This document shows, in pieces, positions 7,467 to 16,617 of a stretch of 32,000 bases of DNA. Position 1 is the first letter of the stretch. The number at the start of each line of letters is the position of its first letter. The stretch lies in contig NC_017080.1 in assembly GCF_000284115.1 (NCBI RefSeq), positions 2,580,001 through 2,612,000 of the forward strand, read 5' to 3'. The notes under the pieces were generated by a model that had not been told where the DNA came from, searched no databases, and was given only the letters and a program-made list of their open reading frames with translations. Position numbers and translations under genes: made by a program. The DNA comes from Phycisphaera mikurensis NBRC 102666 (GTDB lineage: Bacteria > Planctomycetota > Phycisphaerae > Phycisphaerales > Phycisphaeraceae).

Positions 7467-9005
7467 TCAGCGACGCCGCCCCTTGAGCCCGTCGCGGAAG
7501 GTGGCCAGCCGGCGGAACGCGTCCTTCACCTGGACGTCCTCGGTGAGCAGGCCGCTCATCGGCAGCGCCATGTCGGGGTGGTCGATCAGGTCGATCCACG
7601 CGACGGCCTCGACGAAGGGCTTCGAGAGCGCGATCTGGAAGACCGCCTCCAGGAAGTGGCTCTGCACCTGCGTGCTCCAGCGCCGCCGCCAGTGCCCGGA
7701 GCGGTCGTCCGCCGGCCGGCCGTCCGCCGCGGGCGGCATCATCGCGGAGGTCACCGGCTCGCTGGGCACGCCCACCGTGACCTGCAGCGGCTTGCCGAAG
7801 ACGGCGTACTCCTCCAGGAGACAGCTGATCTGCATGAGGTCGCGGGTGTACTGCCCCGGCAGCGCCTGCCCCAGCGGCAGGTGGACCTGGAAGGCGTCGA
7901 AGGGGATGGCGCTCTGGGTGATGAGGTCGGCGTAGACCAGCGGCGGGATCGACCGCTGGTTCTCCGCGTAGTACTCGCCGAAGGGCTGGCGGATCTCGAC
8001 GAGCAGCTTCGCCTGGGGCTGGTGCTTGCGGACGAGCATCGCGGTCATCCGCGTCAGGTCCATCAGCTGCTCGAAGCTGAAGGGGTAGTGGTCGTTGAGG
8101 TGGATCCCGGCGAGCACGTTCCAGCTGCGGACGCGGTTGCCGTACCGGCGGATCACACGCTCGACGTGCTCGTAGCACAGCTCGCGGAGCGTGTCGAAGT
8201 CGTTCTCGAAGAGCGTCAGCCAGTCGGGCACGGCCGAGGGCTCGAAGGAGAGCAGCGGCCCGGCCGTGAGCTGGAGGTCGCGCCGCAGCGAGCTGGCCAG
8301 CCAGCCGTCGAGCAGGGCCCAGTCGTAGCCGTTCTCCTCGGGGCAGAGCAGCCGCCAGGGCACCGGCAGCTGGACGAAGTCGAAGCTGTCGGCGAGGCCC
8401 GAGCGGAGCCGCTCGGGCGTCCGCGGGGTGACGCCGACGCCGACCGGCTGGCGGGGGACGGCGCCGGTCGAGCGGCGGCGGTTGAGCAGGAGTTCGCTGT
8501 GCGCAAGCGCGAGCTCCTCGGTGCCGTCCAGCGCGGCCTCGAGGGCTTGCTGGCCGAGCAGCGCGGCGGCGGCGGGGTCATCCTTCTGCAGGCACAGCGC
8601 CTCGATGAAGCGGGCGCGGGCGGTGCCGGCACGCCGGGTGACCGGGTGCGTGTCCCCGAGGTCGAACATCGCCCACTCCTCGAGCTTGGTGAACAGCAGC
8701 ATCAGCCGGTGCCGGGCGAGCTCGAGCTCCAGGAGGTACGGCTCGTCCCGCTCGGGCAGCAGGCACGTCCGCAGGGACAGCTCCCCGAGATCCCCGCAGG
8801 GGTGCAGCAGCGAGAGCGCGGCGGTCCCGGCGTCGGGCTTCTCGCACCGGATGACCCCGCCCTCGGCCACGATGGTGGACTTGCAGGGGTTGCCGTCGGT
8901 GCCGAGCAGCAGCACGCTGCGGAGGGAAGCCTGCGGGGGATCTGCGCCTCGCTCGCCGGAGCCCGCGGAGCCGAGCGTCTGCGGATGGACGATGAAGCTG
9001 AGCAT
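7467..9005 (-). CDS. GH10 (endo-1,4-beta-xylanase)-like protein, probably lacking canonical catalytic glutamates
   Basis: MLSFIVHPQTLGSAGSG...RVIRRYGNRVRSWNVLAGIHLND...PFDAFQVHLPLG...GKPLQVTVGVPSEP...AVAWIDLIDHPDMALPMSGLLTEDVQVKDAFRRLATFRD follows GH10 TIM-barrel block order. Confidence 0.7.
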   Translation of the reverse strand: MLSFIVHPQTLGSAGSGERGADPPQASLRSVLLLGTDGNPCKSTIVAEGGVIRCEKPDAGTAALSLLHPCGDLGELSLRTCLLPERDEPYLLELELARHRLMLLFTKLEEWAMFDLGDTHPVTRRAGTARARFIEALCLQKDDPAAAALLGQQALEAALDGTEELALAHSELLLNRRRSTGAVPRQPVGVGVTPRTPERLRSGLADSFDFVQLPVPWRLLCPEENGYDWALLDGWLASSLRRDLQLTAGPLLSFEPSAVPDWLTLFENDFDTLRELCYEHVERVIRRYGNRVRSWNVLAGIHLNDHYPFSFEQLMDLTRMTAMLVRKHQPQAKLLVEIRQPFGEYYAENQRSIPPLVYADLITQSAIPFDAFQVHLPLGQALPGQYTRDLMQISCLLEEYAVFGKPLQVTVGVPSEPVTSAMMPPAADGRPADDRSGHWRRRWSTQVQSHFLEAVFQIALSKPFVEAVAWIDLIDHPDMALPMSGLLTEDVQVKDAFRRLATFRDGLKGRRR

Positions 9006-9230
9006 CGGGCGGCGGCAGGCGGGAGCGGGCGTGGCGACACGCGGCCGCGCCCTCCCGCGGGAGGCTAATCGGCAAGGCGGCCCGGCGTGGCGTCCGCCGC
9101 CGCGGGGCGGCCCGGCCCCCAGCGGCGACCCCGCCCCGGGCCGCGCGTGATGACCTCCTCCCGCGAGGCGGTACGCTGCCGCCCGCGGCGGATGCCGCTC
9201 CGAAGCCCCACCTCCTCCCCGGACCTGCCC

Positions 9231-11474
9231 ATGCCCGTCAAGCGTCGCGTTCCCCAGGCCAACCCGGGCACGCCGGGCCGCACCCGGCCCGTGCACCCGG
9301 CCCTCGCCCCCGCCCGCCGCGCCCTGCTCTGCGGCCTCCTCGCGGCCGCACCGCTGGGCGTGCTGACCGGCCCCGAGGCCTGCGCCCAGGACGCGGCCGC
9401 CGCGGTCGATCCCGAAGCCGAGCGGCTCTGGAACGACTTCTCCCACTACGTGCTGATCGCCCGGCCCGGGCTCGCCGCCACGGCGGCCGACGCGCTGCTG
9501 AAGCTCGACGACGCGGCGGTGCTCGCCGCCGTCGAGGCCGACGACCGCTCCAGCCGCCGCGTGTTCGAGCGTGCGGCGGGCATGGGTGACACCGCGCCGG
9601 TGGCGGCCCGCCTCGAGGAGAAGATCGCCAGCGCCGCCCGCGCACAGGCCCGCGACCCCGAGCGGATCCGCGCCGAGGTCGACGGCCTTGGCAACAGCCA
9701 GCGCGCCTTCGCCACGGGCGTCGACCGGCTGACGGCCGCCGGCGCTTACGCCGCGCCGGAGCTGCTCTCGCGGCTGCGCGACCCGCAGGCCTCCGACCTC
9801 CACCCTTACATCCTCGAGGCGATGCAGGCCATCGGCCAGCCGCTGGTGGCGCCGCTCTCGGTCGCCCTGCCCGAGCTCCCGCCGGTCCCCCAGGGACAGG
9901 TGGCCCGCGTGCTCGCCGAGATCGGCTACCCCGAGGCGCTGCCGGCGCTGCAGGCGACCGCGCTGGCCCCCGACGGCGACGGCGACGCCCGCCGACGCGC
10001 CGCCCGCGCCTTCGCCTCCATCGCCGCGTCGGCCGGCGTCAGCACCTCCACGCTCCCCGCGCCGCTCTACACGGGGCTGGGCAACGCGGCGTACGCGTTG
10101 GGGGCCCGCGGCGAGATGCCGCCGGGCTTCGATCCGGTCAGCGGCACCGGTGCGGTCTGGGTTTGGAGCGACCCCGTCGGGCTCGTGCCCATCGAGGTGC
10201 CCGGCCCGCTCTACGCCGATGCGCTGGCTCGGGCCGCCGCGACGCTCGCCCTTGGGATCGACGCGACCCACACGCCGGCGCTCACGCTGTTCCTCTCCGC
10301 CGACCTGCGCTCGGGCATCACCGCCCGGCAGCAGCTCGGCGGCGCGGCCGACCCGAGCCGCGACGACGACCTCAAGCCCGCCGACTACTACCTGTCGCTC
10401 GCCGGCCCGGAGCGTGCCCGCGACGTGCTGCGTCGCGCTCTCCAAGACGGCGACGCCGGCCTCGCGCTCGCGGCCATCGACGGCTTCGCGGGCACGAGCG
10501 ACGCGGGCAGCCTGGCGCCGCTCGCCGACGCCCTGGATGCTCCGGACCGCCGCGTGCGCTTCGCCGCGGCGTCCGCCCTCGCCGCGGCCCGGCCCACCGA
10601 AGGCTTCTCGGGCGACCGGGCGGTCGTGCCGACGCTGGCCGCCGCGGTCCGCCGCGACGGTCAGCGGTACGCGGTGGTGATCGCATCCGATGAGGGCGTC
10701 CGCAGCACCCTCGCCGACGCGGCGTCGTCGGCCGGCTACGAGCCGCTGCTCGGCGGCAGCCTCGCGGAGGTCCAGCCGCAGGTCGAGCAGGTCCCCGGCG
10801 TCGACCTGATCCTCGCCCGGGGCAGCGCCGACGACATCTCCGGCCTCGCCAGCGCCACCCGCGGCTTGCCCGTCCTGGGTGGCGCTCCGATCGTGGCCTA
10901 CGCCTCCGCGGCCGATCAGGTGGCGCTGGAGGGCCGCTTCGGGCCGTCCAGCCGGGTGACCAGCGTCGTGGGCGATATCGACTCGGACTCCATGCAGGCC
11001 GCCGGCCGGGCCGCCATCGAGCGGTCCGGTGGTGAACCGGTCGCCGGGCCCGAGGCCGAGGCGCAGGCCCTGGAGGCGCTCCGCCTGATCCGCGAGCTGG
11101 CGCTGGACGGGTCGACGGTGCTCGACGCCGACGCCGCGCTGCCCGCGGTCACCGCCGCGCTCGAAGACGGCCGCGAAGCCGTCGCCACCGCCGCGGGCGA
11201 GGCCGCCGCGACGCTCGACGACCGCTCGGCCCAGTCGGCGCTCGCCGACGCGGCGTTGCGGGCCTCGGGCGCCGTGCAGGTGGCCCACCTCCACGCGCTC
11301 GCGGCGTCGGCCGTCCGCCACGGCAACCTGCTGTCCGCGGACTTCGGCGACCGTCTGCTCGACCTGGTGAAGAACAGCGACGGCGACACGGCCCTCGCCG
11401 CGTCGCGGGCCCACGGGGCGTTGACGCTGCCGACCGAGCACGCCGTCGAGCTGATCCTCGCCGCCTCGCGCTGA
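9231..11474 (+). CDS. Secreted HEAT-repeat protein with receiver-like C-terminal region
   Basis: N-terminal signal-like ALLCGLLAAAPLGVLTGPEACA, then repeated helical units (VARVLAEIGYPEALPALQATAL, DARRRAARAFASIAA, DRRVRFAAASALAAARP). Confidence 0.75.
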   Translation: MPVKRRVPQANPGTPGRTRPVHPALAPARRALLCGLLAAAPLGVLTGPEACAQDAAAAVDPEAERLWNDFSHYVLIARPGLAATAADALLKLDDAAVLAAVEADDRSSRRVFERAAGMGDTAPVAARLEEKIASAARAQARDPERIRAEVDGLGNSQRAFATGVDRLTAAGAYAAPELLSRLRDPQASDLHPYILEAMQAIGQPLVAPLSVALPELPPVPQGQVARVLAEIGYPEALPALQATALAPDGDGDARRRAARAFASIAASAGVSTSTLPAPLYTGLGNAAYALGARGEMPPGFDPVSGTGAVWVWSDPVGLVPIEVPGPLYADALARAAATLALGIDATHTPALTLFLSADLRSGITARQQLGGAADPSRDDDLKPADYYLSLAGPERARDVLRRALQDGDAGLALAAIDGFAGTSDAGSLAPLADALDAPDRRVRFAAASALAAARPTEGFSGDRAVVPTLAAAVRRDGQRYAVVIASDEGVRSTLADAASSAGYEPLLGGSLAEVQPQVEQVPGVDLILARGSADDISGLASATRGLPVLGGAPIVAYASAADQVALEGRFGPSSRVTSVVGDIDSDSMQAAGRAAIERSGGEPVAGPEAEAQALEALRLIRELALDGSTVLDADAALPAVTAALEDGREAVATAAGEAAATLDDRSAQSALADAALRASGAVQVAHLHALAASAVRHGNLLSADFGDRLLDLVKNSDGDTALAASRAHGALTLPTEHAVELILAASR

Positions 11475-11509
11475 CCCCCGGGGTCGCCGGAGCGGGAAGC
11501 CGGATCCCG

Positions 11510-11555
11510 CCGCGGACCGCCCGATCGGCGCGTCGATTTCATGCGCGATCCGCGG
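11510..11555. repeat. 46-bp dyad element, copy E (one arm mismatch: CGATCCGCGG)
   Basis: Left arm CCGCGGACCG at 11510-11519; right arm CGATCCGCGG at 11546-11555. Confidence 0.7.
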
Positions 11556-11672
11556 GAGGAGGCACCGCGGTTCCGCCGGTCCGCTGCCGTGCGCGGCGGG
11601 CCCCAGCCCCGACCACCCTCGCTCGACGGAGCGGACCGATCACGCACGACGACGCTTTATCCTTTCCTGCCC

Positions 11673-13457
11673 ATGCCCGCGCCCCCCAACCAAGCCCCGA
11701 CTTCCAACCAAGCTCCGACCTCCAACCGTGCTCCGACCCCCGCCCCCACGACCGCACCGCCGGCGGCCTCTTCGGGCCTGAACCGCTACTCCGCAAGGAT
11801 CACGCAGCCGCGGTCGCAGGGCGCCTCGCAGGCGATGCTCTACGCCACCGGCTTCTCCGCGGAGGACATGGCCAAGGCCCAGGTGGGCATCGCCGCGTGC
11901 TGGTACGAGGGCAACCCCTGCAACATGCACCTCAACGGCCTCGCCGACGAGGTCAAAGCGGGCGTCACGGGCACCGGCCTCGTGGGCATGCGGTTCAACA
12001 CGATCGGCGTCAGCGACGGCATCTCGATGGGCACCGACGGCATGAGCTTCTCGCTGCAGTCGCGCGACCTCATCGCCGACTCCATCGAGACCGTGTGCGG
12101 CGCCCAGTGGTACGACGGCCTGATCGCCCTGCCCGGCTGCGACAAGAACATGCCCGGCACCGTCATCGCGATGGGCCGGCTCAACCGCCCCGCCATCATG
12201 GTCTACGGCGGCACGATCCGGGCCGGCTGCACGCGCCTGCAGGACCAGGACGAGGTGCTGGACATCGTTTCGGCCTTCCAGAGCTACGGCCAGGCGCTCG
12301 CGAACAAGATCACCGAGGAAGAGCGGCAAGACATCGTCGCCAAGAGCTGCCCCGGCGCCGGGGCCTGCGGCGGCATGTACACCGCGAACACGATGGCCTC
12401 CGCCATCGAGGCCCTCGGCCTGTCGCTGCCGTACTCCTCGTGCACGCCGGCGGACGACCCCGAGAAGCTCGACGAGTGCCGCCGCGCCGGCGCCGCCATG
12501 CACGACCTGCTGGAAGCCGATCTCAAGCCCCGCGACGTCGTCACCCGGACCAGCTTCGAGAACGCGATGGTGCTCATCACCGCCCTGGGCGGCAGCACCA
12601 ACGCCGTGCTCCACCTGATCGCCATGGCGCACGCCTTCGGCATCGAGCTGGGCCTCGACGACTTCCTGGCCGTGTCGGAACGGATCCCGCTCATCGCCGA
12701 CCTGAAGCCCTCGGGCCGGTACGTGATGGAGGACCTGCACCGGGTCGGGGGCATCCCCGCCGTCATGAAGGTGCTGCTCGCCGAGGGCCTGCTCGACGGC
12801 AGCCAGCGGACGATCACCACGCGAACGCTCGCCGAGAACCTCGCCGACTGCCCGGCGCTCACGGCCGGCCAGGACGTCATCCGCCCCCTGGGCGACCCGC
12901 TCAAGGCGACCGGCCACATCAGCATCCTCCGCGGCAACCTCGCCCCCGGCGGTGCCGTCGGCAAGATCACCGGGAAGCAGGGCCTCCGCTTCTCGGGCCC
13001 CGCCCGCGTCTTCGATTCCGAGGAGGACATGCTTGCCGGGCTCGAGGCCGGCGGCATCCACAGCGGCGACGTCATCATCATCCGCTACGAGGGCCCCCGC
13101 GGCGGGCCCGGCATGCCCGAGATGCTGACGCCAACCAGCGCCCTCGCCGGGGCCGGCTTCCTCGACGACGTGGCGCTGATCACCGATGGCCGCTTCTCCG
13201 GCGGCAGCCACGGCTTCATCATCGGCCACGCCGTCCCCGAAGCGCAGGAAGGCGGCCCCATCGCGCTGGTCGCCGACGGCGACGTCGTCACCATCGACGA
13301 TCAGCAGCACGAGATCTCCTTCGACGTCTCCGACGAGGAGCTGGCCCGCCGCCGCGCCGCCTGGTCCGCCCCGCCGCCGAAGGCCACCCGCGGGACGCTG
13401 GCGAAGTACGTGAAGCTGGTGAGCGACGCCAGCCTCGGCTGCGTGACGGACGCGTGA
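11673..13457 (+). CDS. ilvD: Dihydroxy-acid dehydratase
   Basis: [19 protein letters not shown]...[19 protein letters not shown]...[36 protein letters not shown]...[29 protein letters not shown]. Confidence 0.96.
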   Translation: MPAPPNQAPTSNQAPTSNRAPTPAPTTAPPAASSGLNRYSARITQPRSQGASQAMLYATGFSAEDMAKAQVGIAACWYEGNPCNMHLNGLADEVKAGVTGTGLVGMRFNTIGVSDGISMGTDGMSFSLQSRDLIADSIETVCGAQWYDGLIALPGCDKNMPGTVIAMGRLNRPAIMVYGGTIRAGCTRLQDQDEVLDIVSAFQSYGQALANKITEEERQDIVAKSCPGAGACGGMYTANTMASAIEALGLSLPYSSCTPADDPEKLDECRRAGAAMHDLLEADLKPRDVVTRTSFENAMVLITALGGSTNAVLHLIAMAHAFGIELGLDDFLAVSERIPLIADLKPSGRYVMEDLHRVGGIPAVMKVLLAEGLLDGSQRTITTRTLAENLADCPALTAGQDVIRPLGDPLKATGHISILRGNLAPGGAVGKITGKQGLRFSGPARVFDSEEDMLAGLEAGGIHSGDVIIIRYEGPRGGPGMPEMLTPTSALAGAGFLDDVALITDGRFSGGSHGFIIGHAVPEAQEGGPIALVADGDVVTIDDQQHEISFDVSDEELARRRAAWSAPPPKATRGTLAKYVKLVSDASLGCVTDA

Positions 13458-13494
13458 GCCGGCGGCTTCGGGCTCGCCGCGTACAACCACGGCC

Positions 13495-14538
13495 ATGCCG
13501 AAGCTCCACCCCCCCGCCACGCCCCACCCCGGAGGCGTGCTCGCCGAGATGGAGCCGCGGCTCGCCCGCGTCCGCGCCCGCTTCGACGCCGAGCTGCTCA
13601 GCGACCTGGACTGCGTGAACCGCCTGGTTGACCGCGTCCGCCGCTTCCGGGGGAAGATGCTGCGGCCGGTGCTGGTGCTGCTCGCCCACGACGCGCTGCT
13701 CGGGGGCGAGGCGACACCCGGCCAAGCCGAGGCCGCCGAGGCGCTGGCGGCGGTGATGGAGATGGTCCACATGGCGACGCTCGTCCACGACGACGTGCTC
13801 GACGACGCCGACGCCCGACGCGGCGGCGCGACCGTGAACCAGCTCGCGGGCAACGAGGCGGCGGTGATGCTCGGCGACGTGCTCATCAGCCACAGCTACC
13901 ACCTGTGCTGCGGGCTCGGGAATCCCGCGCTCGCCCGCGGGGTGGCCGCCGCGACCAACGCGGTGTGCGAGGGTGAGCTGCTGCAGCTCTCGCTCCGCGG
14001 CGACTTCCGCCTCGGCGAGCGCACCTACCTGGAGGTGATCGCCCGCAAGACCGCGGCGCTTACCGAGGCGTGCTGCCGGCTGCCCGCCCGCCTGCTCGGC
14101 GTGGACGAGGCCGATCCGCGGGTGGTCGCGCTCTCGGGCTACGGGCGCAAGCTGGGCATGGCGTTCCAGGTCGTCGACGACCTGCTCGACTTGGAGGGCG
14201 ACCCGGCGCTCGTCGGCAAGACGCTGGGCCTGGACCTCGCCCGGGGCAAGCTGACGCTGCCGGTGATCCGGTGGCTGGAGGGGCTGCCGCCGGATCGGCG
14301 GGAGGCGGCGATCGGCCGGCTGGGCGACGCGGGCGACGCGGGCGTTGGCCGCGGCGGGCGCGAGGCCGAGCGGCTGCGGCGCGAGGTGCTCGTCAGCGAG
14401 GGGCCGGCGCTGGCGCGGGAGCGGGCCGCGGCGATGGCCGACACCGCCGCGGACGAGCTGCGGCGGGCATTGCCCGCCGGCGAGGCGCGGGACCGGCTGC
14501 TGGACCTGGCCTCCGCCCTGCTCGCACGCCGGCGCTGA
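13495..14538 (+). CDS. Polyprenyl (octaprenyl-type) diphosphate synthase
   Basis: RRFRGKMLRPVLVLLAHDALLGG...EMVHMATLVHDDVLDDADARRG (first DDxxD) ...LGMAFQVVDDLLDLEGD (second) ...GKTLGLDLARGKLTLPVI. Confidence 0.93.
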   Translation: MPKLHPPATPHPGGVLAEMEPRLARVRARFDAELLSDLDCVNRLVDRVRRFRGKMLRPVLVLLAHDALLGGEATPGQAEAAEALAAVMEMVHMATLVHDDVLDDADARRGGATVNQLAGNEAAVMLGDVLISHSYHLCCGLGNPALARGVAAATNAVCEGELLQLSLRGDFRLGERTYLEVIARKTAALTEACCRLPARLLGVDEADPRVVALSGYGRKLGMAFQVVDDLLDLEGDPALVGKTLGLDLARGKLTLPVIRWLEGLPPDRREAAIGRLGDAGDAGVGRGGREAERLRREVLVSEGPALARERAAAMADTAADELRRALPAGEARDRLLDLASALLARRR

Positions 14539-14637
14539 CGCCGGGCGGACGCCGCCGCGCCAGGCGTGCGCGGGCGTAGCCTCGCGCTCCGGCACCGTGC
14601 CCGGTGCGGCTTTTCATCCGGGCCCGCCCTCCTGCCG

Positions 14638-16287
14638 ATGCAACCCGGGCCCCGGGCCCGCGGCCCGCCCTCCCCCGGCTCCAGCATGGAACCCGTCGCC
14701 CCTGCTCAAAGCACCCGGAACGCGGAGATCCCGCCGAGCCTGGCCGAGGCGACCGGCCTGCTCGCGCTCGACACCATCGGCGAGGGTGTCGGCATGGTGG
14801 AGGCCGGCGGCCGCCTCGCCTGGGCCAACGCCACCCTCCGCGGCTGCTCGCCGAGCCTCCGCGAGCACGTCCTTCGCGTGAGCGGCCAGGCCATCCACAT
14901 CTTCAACACGCAGTGGGGCGGCGTCAACGGCGGCTCCGGCGGGATGCCGCGGGGCAAGAAGTTCACGGTGCAGGACGGCGAGCGCTTCTTCGAGGTCATC
15001 TGCTCTCCGGTGGACGAGTCCGCCGCCGAGCGCTTCGGCATCGACGCCCCCCGGGCCGACGCCGAGGAGGCGGCGGGCCCGGTCCGCCGGGTCGTCTCGA
15101 TGGTCTGGGACGCCACCAGCGGCAAGCGCCTGCAGGGGCGGATCGACGCCATCGACGCCTCCGGCCGCGAGCTCGCCCGCATCGACAACGAGGCGGTCTC
15201 GAAGCTGCGGCCGGCCGAGCGGCTCAAGCTGCTGCAGGACAAGATCATCGGTTACAGCAAAGAGCTGATGCAATTTGATCACTTCACCATCCGCCTGCTC
15301 GACAAGCGCACGCGGGCGCTGGAGGTGGTGATCGCCGAGGGCCTGCCGCGGGAGGCGCTGGAGATCGACCTCTACGCGCGGCCCGAGGGCAACGGCATCT
15401 CGGGCTACGTCGCCGCGACCGGCCGCAGCTACATCTGCCACGACGTCGAGAAGGATCCGCGCTACGTGCTCGGGCTCACGCACTCCAAGAGCTCGCTGAC
15501 CGTGCCGCTGAACCTCTTCGGCGAGATCGTCGGCGTCTACAACATCGAGAGCGAGACCGCGGGCAGCTTCGACGACGAAGATCGGCAGTTCGCCGAGATC
15601 TTCGCGCGCTACGTCGCGCTCGCCTTGAACATCCTCGACCTGCTCGTGGTCGAGCGGCACTCCACCAGCACCACGCTCACCCGCGGTGTCGCCTCCGAGC
15701 TGCAGCAGCCGCTCGACGCGATCCTCGCGGAGGCGGAGGCGCTGCGGGCCGAGACCGTCGCCGACGGCGGCCACTGCCTCGCCCGCATCGACGAGCACGT
15801 CGCCAAGGTCCGCCGAGTGCTGCACGACCTGGAGAGCGGCCCCAACCGCGTGCTGGGCGAGGCGGACGACGCCCGCGACGCCTCCCCGCAGGACGATCGT
15901 TTCACCGGCAAGAGGGTGCTCGTGGCCGATGACGAGCCGAACATCCGCCGCGTGGTCAAGGAGGTGCTGACCCGCCGGGGCTGCGAGGTGCAGTGCGCCA
16001 AGGACGGGTACGAGGCCTGCATGCTGCTCGAGCAAGGCGGCAACGAGCTGGACCTGGTGATCTCCGACATCAAGATGCCCTACCGCAACGGGTACGAGAT
16101 CTACGCCGCCGCGCAGCGTGCCCGCGATGGCCTGCCGGTGCTGCTGATGACCGGCTTCGGCTACGACCCGCACCACAGCGTCGTCCGCGCCTCGCAGGAC
16201 GGGCTCGCCGGCGTGCTCTTCAAGCCCTTCAAGGTCGACGCCTTCCTCGAGGAGGTCGCCGGCGCCGTCGCCCCGGCCAGCGCCTGA
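14638..16287 (+). CDS. PAS/GAF domain protein with degenerate histidine-kinase dimerisation segment and C-terminal receiver domain
   Basis: GAF-like FDHFTIRLLDKRTRALEVVIAEGLP...VPLNLFGEIVGVYNIES; DHp-like GVASELQQPLDAIL; receiver KRVLVADDEPNIRRVVKEVL...LDLVISDIKMPYRNGYEIY...VLLMTGFG...VLFKPF. Alternative ATG at 14686. Confidence 0.85.
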   Translation: MQPGPRARGPPSPGSSMEPVAPAQSTRNAEIPPSLAEATGLLALDTIGEGVGMVEAGGRLAWANATLRGCSPSLREHVLRVSGQAIHIFNTQWGGVNGGSGGMPRGKKFTVQDGERFFEVICSPVDESAAERFGIDAPRADAEEAAGPVRRVVSMVWDATSGKRLQGRIDAIDASGRELARIDNEAVSKLRPAERLKLLQDKIIGYSKELMQFDHFTIRLLDKRTRALEVVIAEGLPREALEIDLYARPEGNGISGYVAATGRSYICHDVEKDPRYVLGLTHSKSSLTVPLNLFGEIVGVYNIESETAGSFDDEDRQFAEIFARYVALALNILDLLVVERHSTSTTLTRGVASELQQPLDAILAEAEALRAETVADGGHCLARIDEHVAKVRRVLHDLESGPNRVLGEADDARDASPQDDRFTGKRVLVADDEPNIRRVVKEVLTRRGCEVQCAKDGYEACMLLEQGGNELDLVISDIKMPYRNGYEIYAAAQRARDGLPVLLMTGFGYDPHHSVVRASQDGLAGVLFKPFKVDAFLEEVAGAVAPASA

Positions 16288-16451
16288 ACCGGCGACGCCC
16301 GGGTCGCGCTGCGCCCGGACCGCCGCCGGCCTGCGCCCGGCGCGTGACGCCACGCGGCGCGCGGGCGCGTTGCTGCGCGACCGCCCGGCCTGCGGGCCCC
16401 AAGCCGCCACGTTCGGTGCGGTGGGACGGCGGCTCGAGCCGGATGCGGTGT

Positions 16452-16617
16452 GCTAGAGCATCGTGCGTAATTTTCCGATCGGCCTGCGTCCGCGCGTCGT
16501 GTTCCTCGTGAGGAGGCGAAGCAGCCCTGCCCCGGCAGGGCGATGCAGCCGACGAAGCGAGGGGCATGACTCGCCCGCAGAGGCGATCGGAAAATTGCGC
16601 ACGGTGCGCTAGAGCAC
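16452..16617. repeat. Dispersed structured repeat copy 1 (~160 bp; inverted outer arms CGTGCGTAATTTTCCGATCGG / CGATCGGAAAATTGCGCACGG)
   Basis: Outer arms pair nearly perfectly. The core 16486-16580 aligns without gaps to 29981-30075 with 13 mismatches in 95. Contains nested hairpins (CCCTGCCCCGGCAGGG; TGTTCCTCG...CGAGGGGCA). Confidence 0.88.

Noticed and set aside
7467-11441. 1324-aa minus-strand ORF spanning the GH10-like gene and the antisense of the HEAT-repeat gene
   Set aside because: The N-terminal ~800 aa is low-complexity Arg/Gly/Ala-rich antisense translation of a well-supported plus-strand gene. Stop codons are rare at this GC.
11640-13886. 748-aa minus-strand ORF opposite ilvD
   Set aside because: Antisense of an unambiguous ilvD reading frame; composition typical of spurious high-GC ORFs.
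16452-16617. Classical IS element or tRNA/attachment remnant
   Set aside because: Too short for a transposase, with no tRNA-like T-arm or anticodon structure. Only the inverted-end repeat structure is supported.
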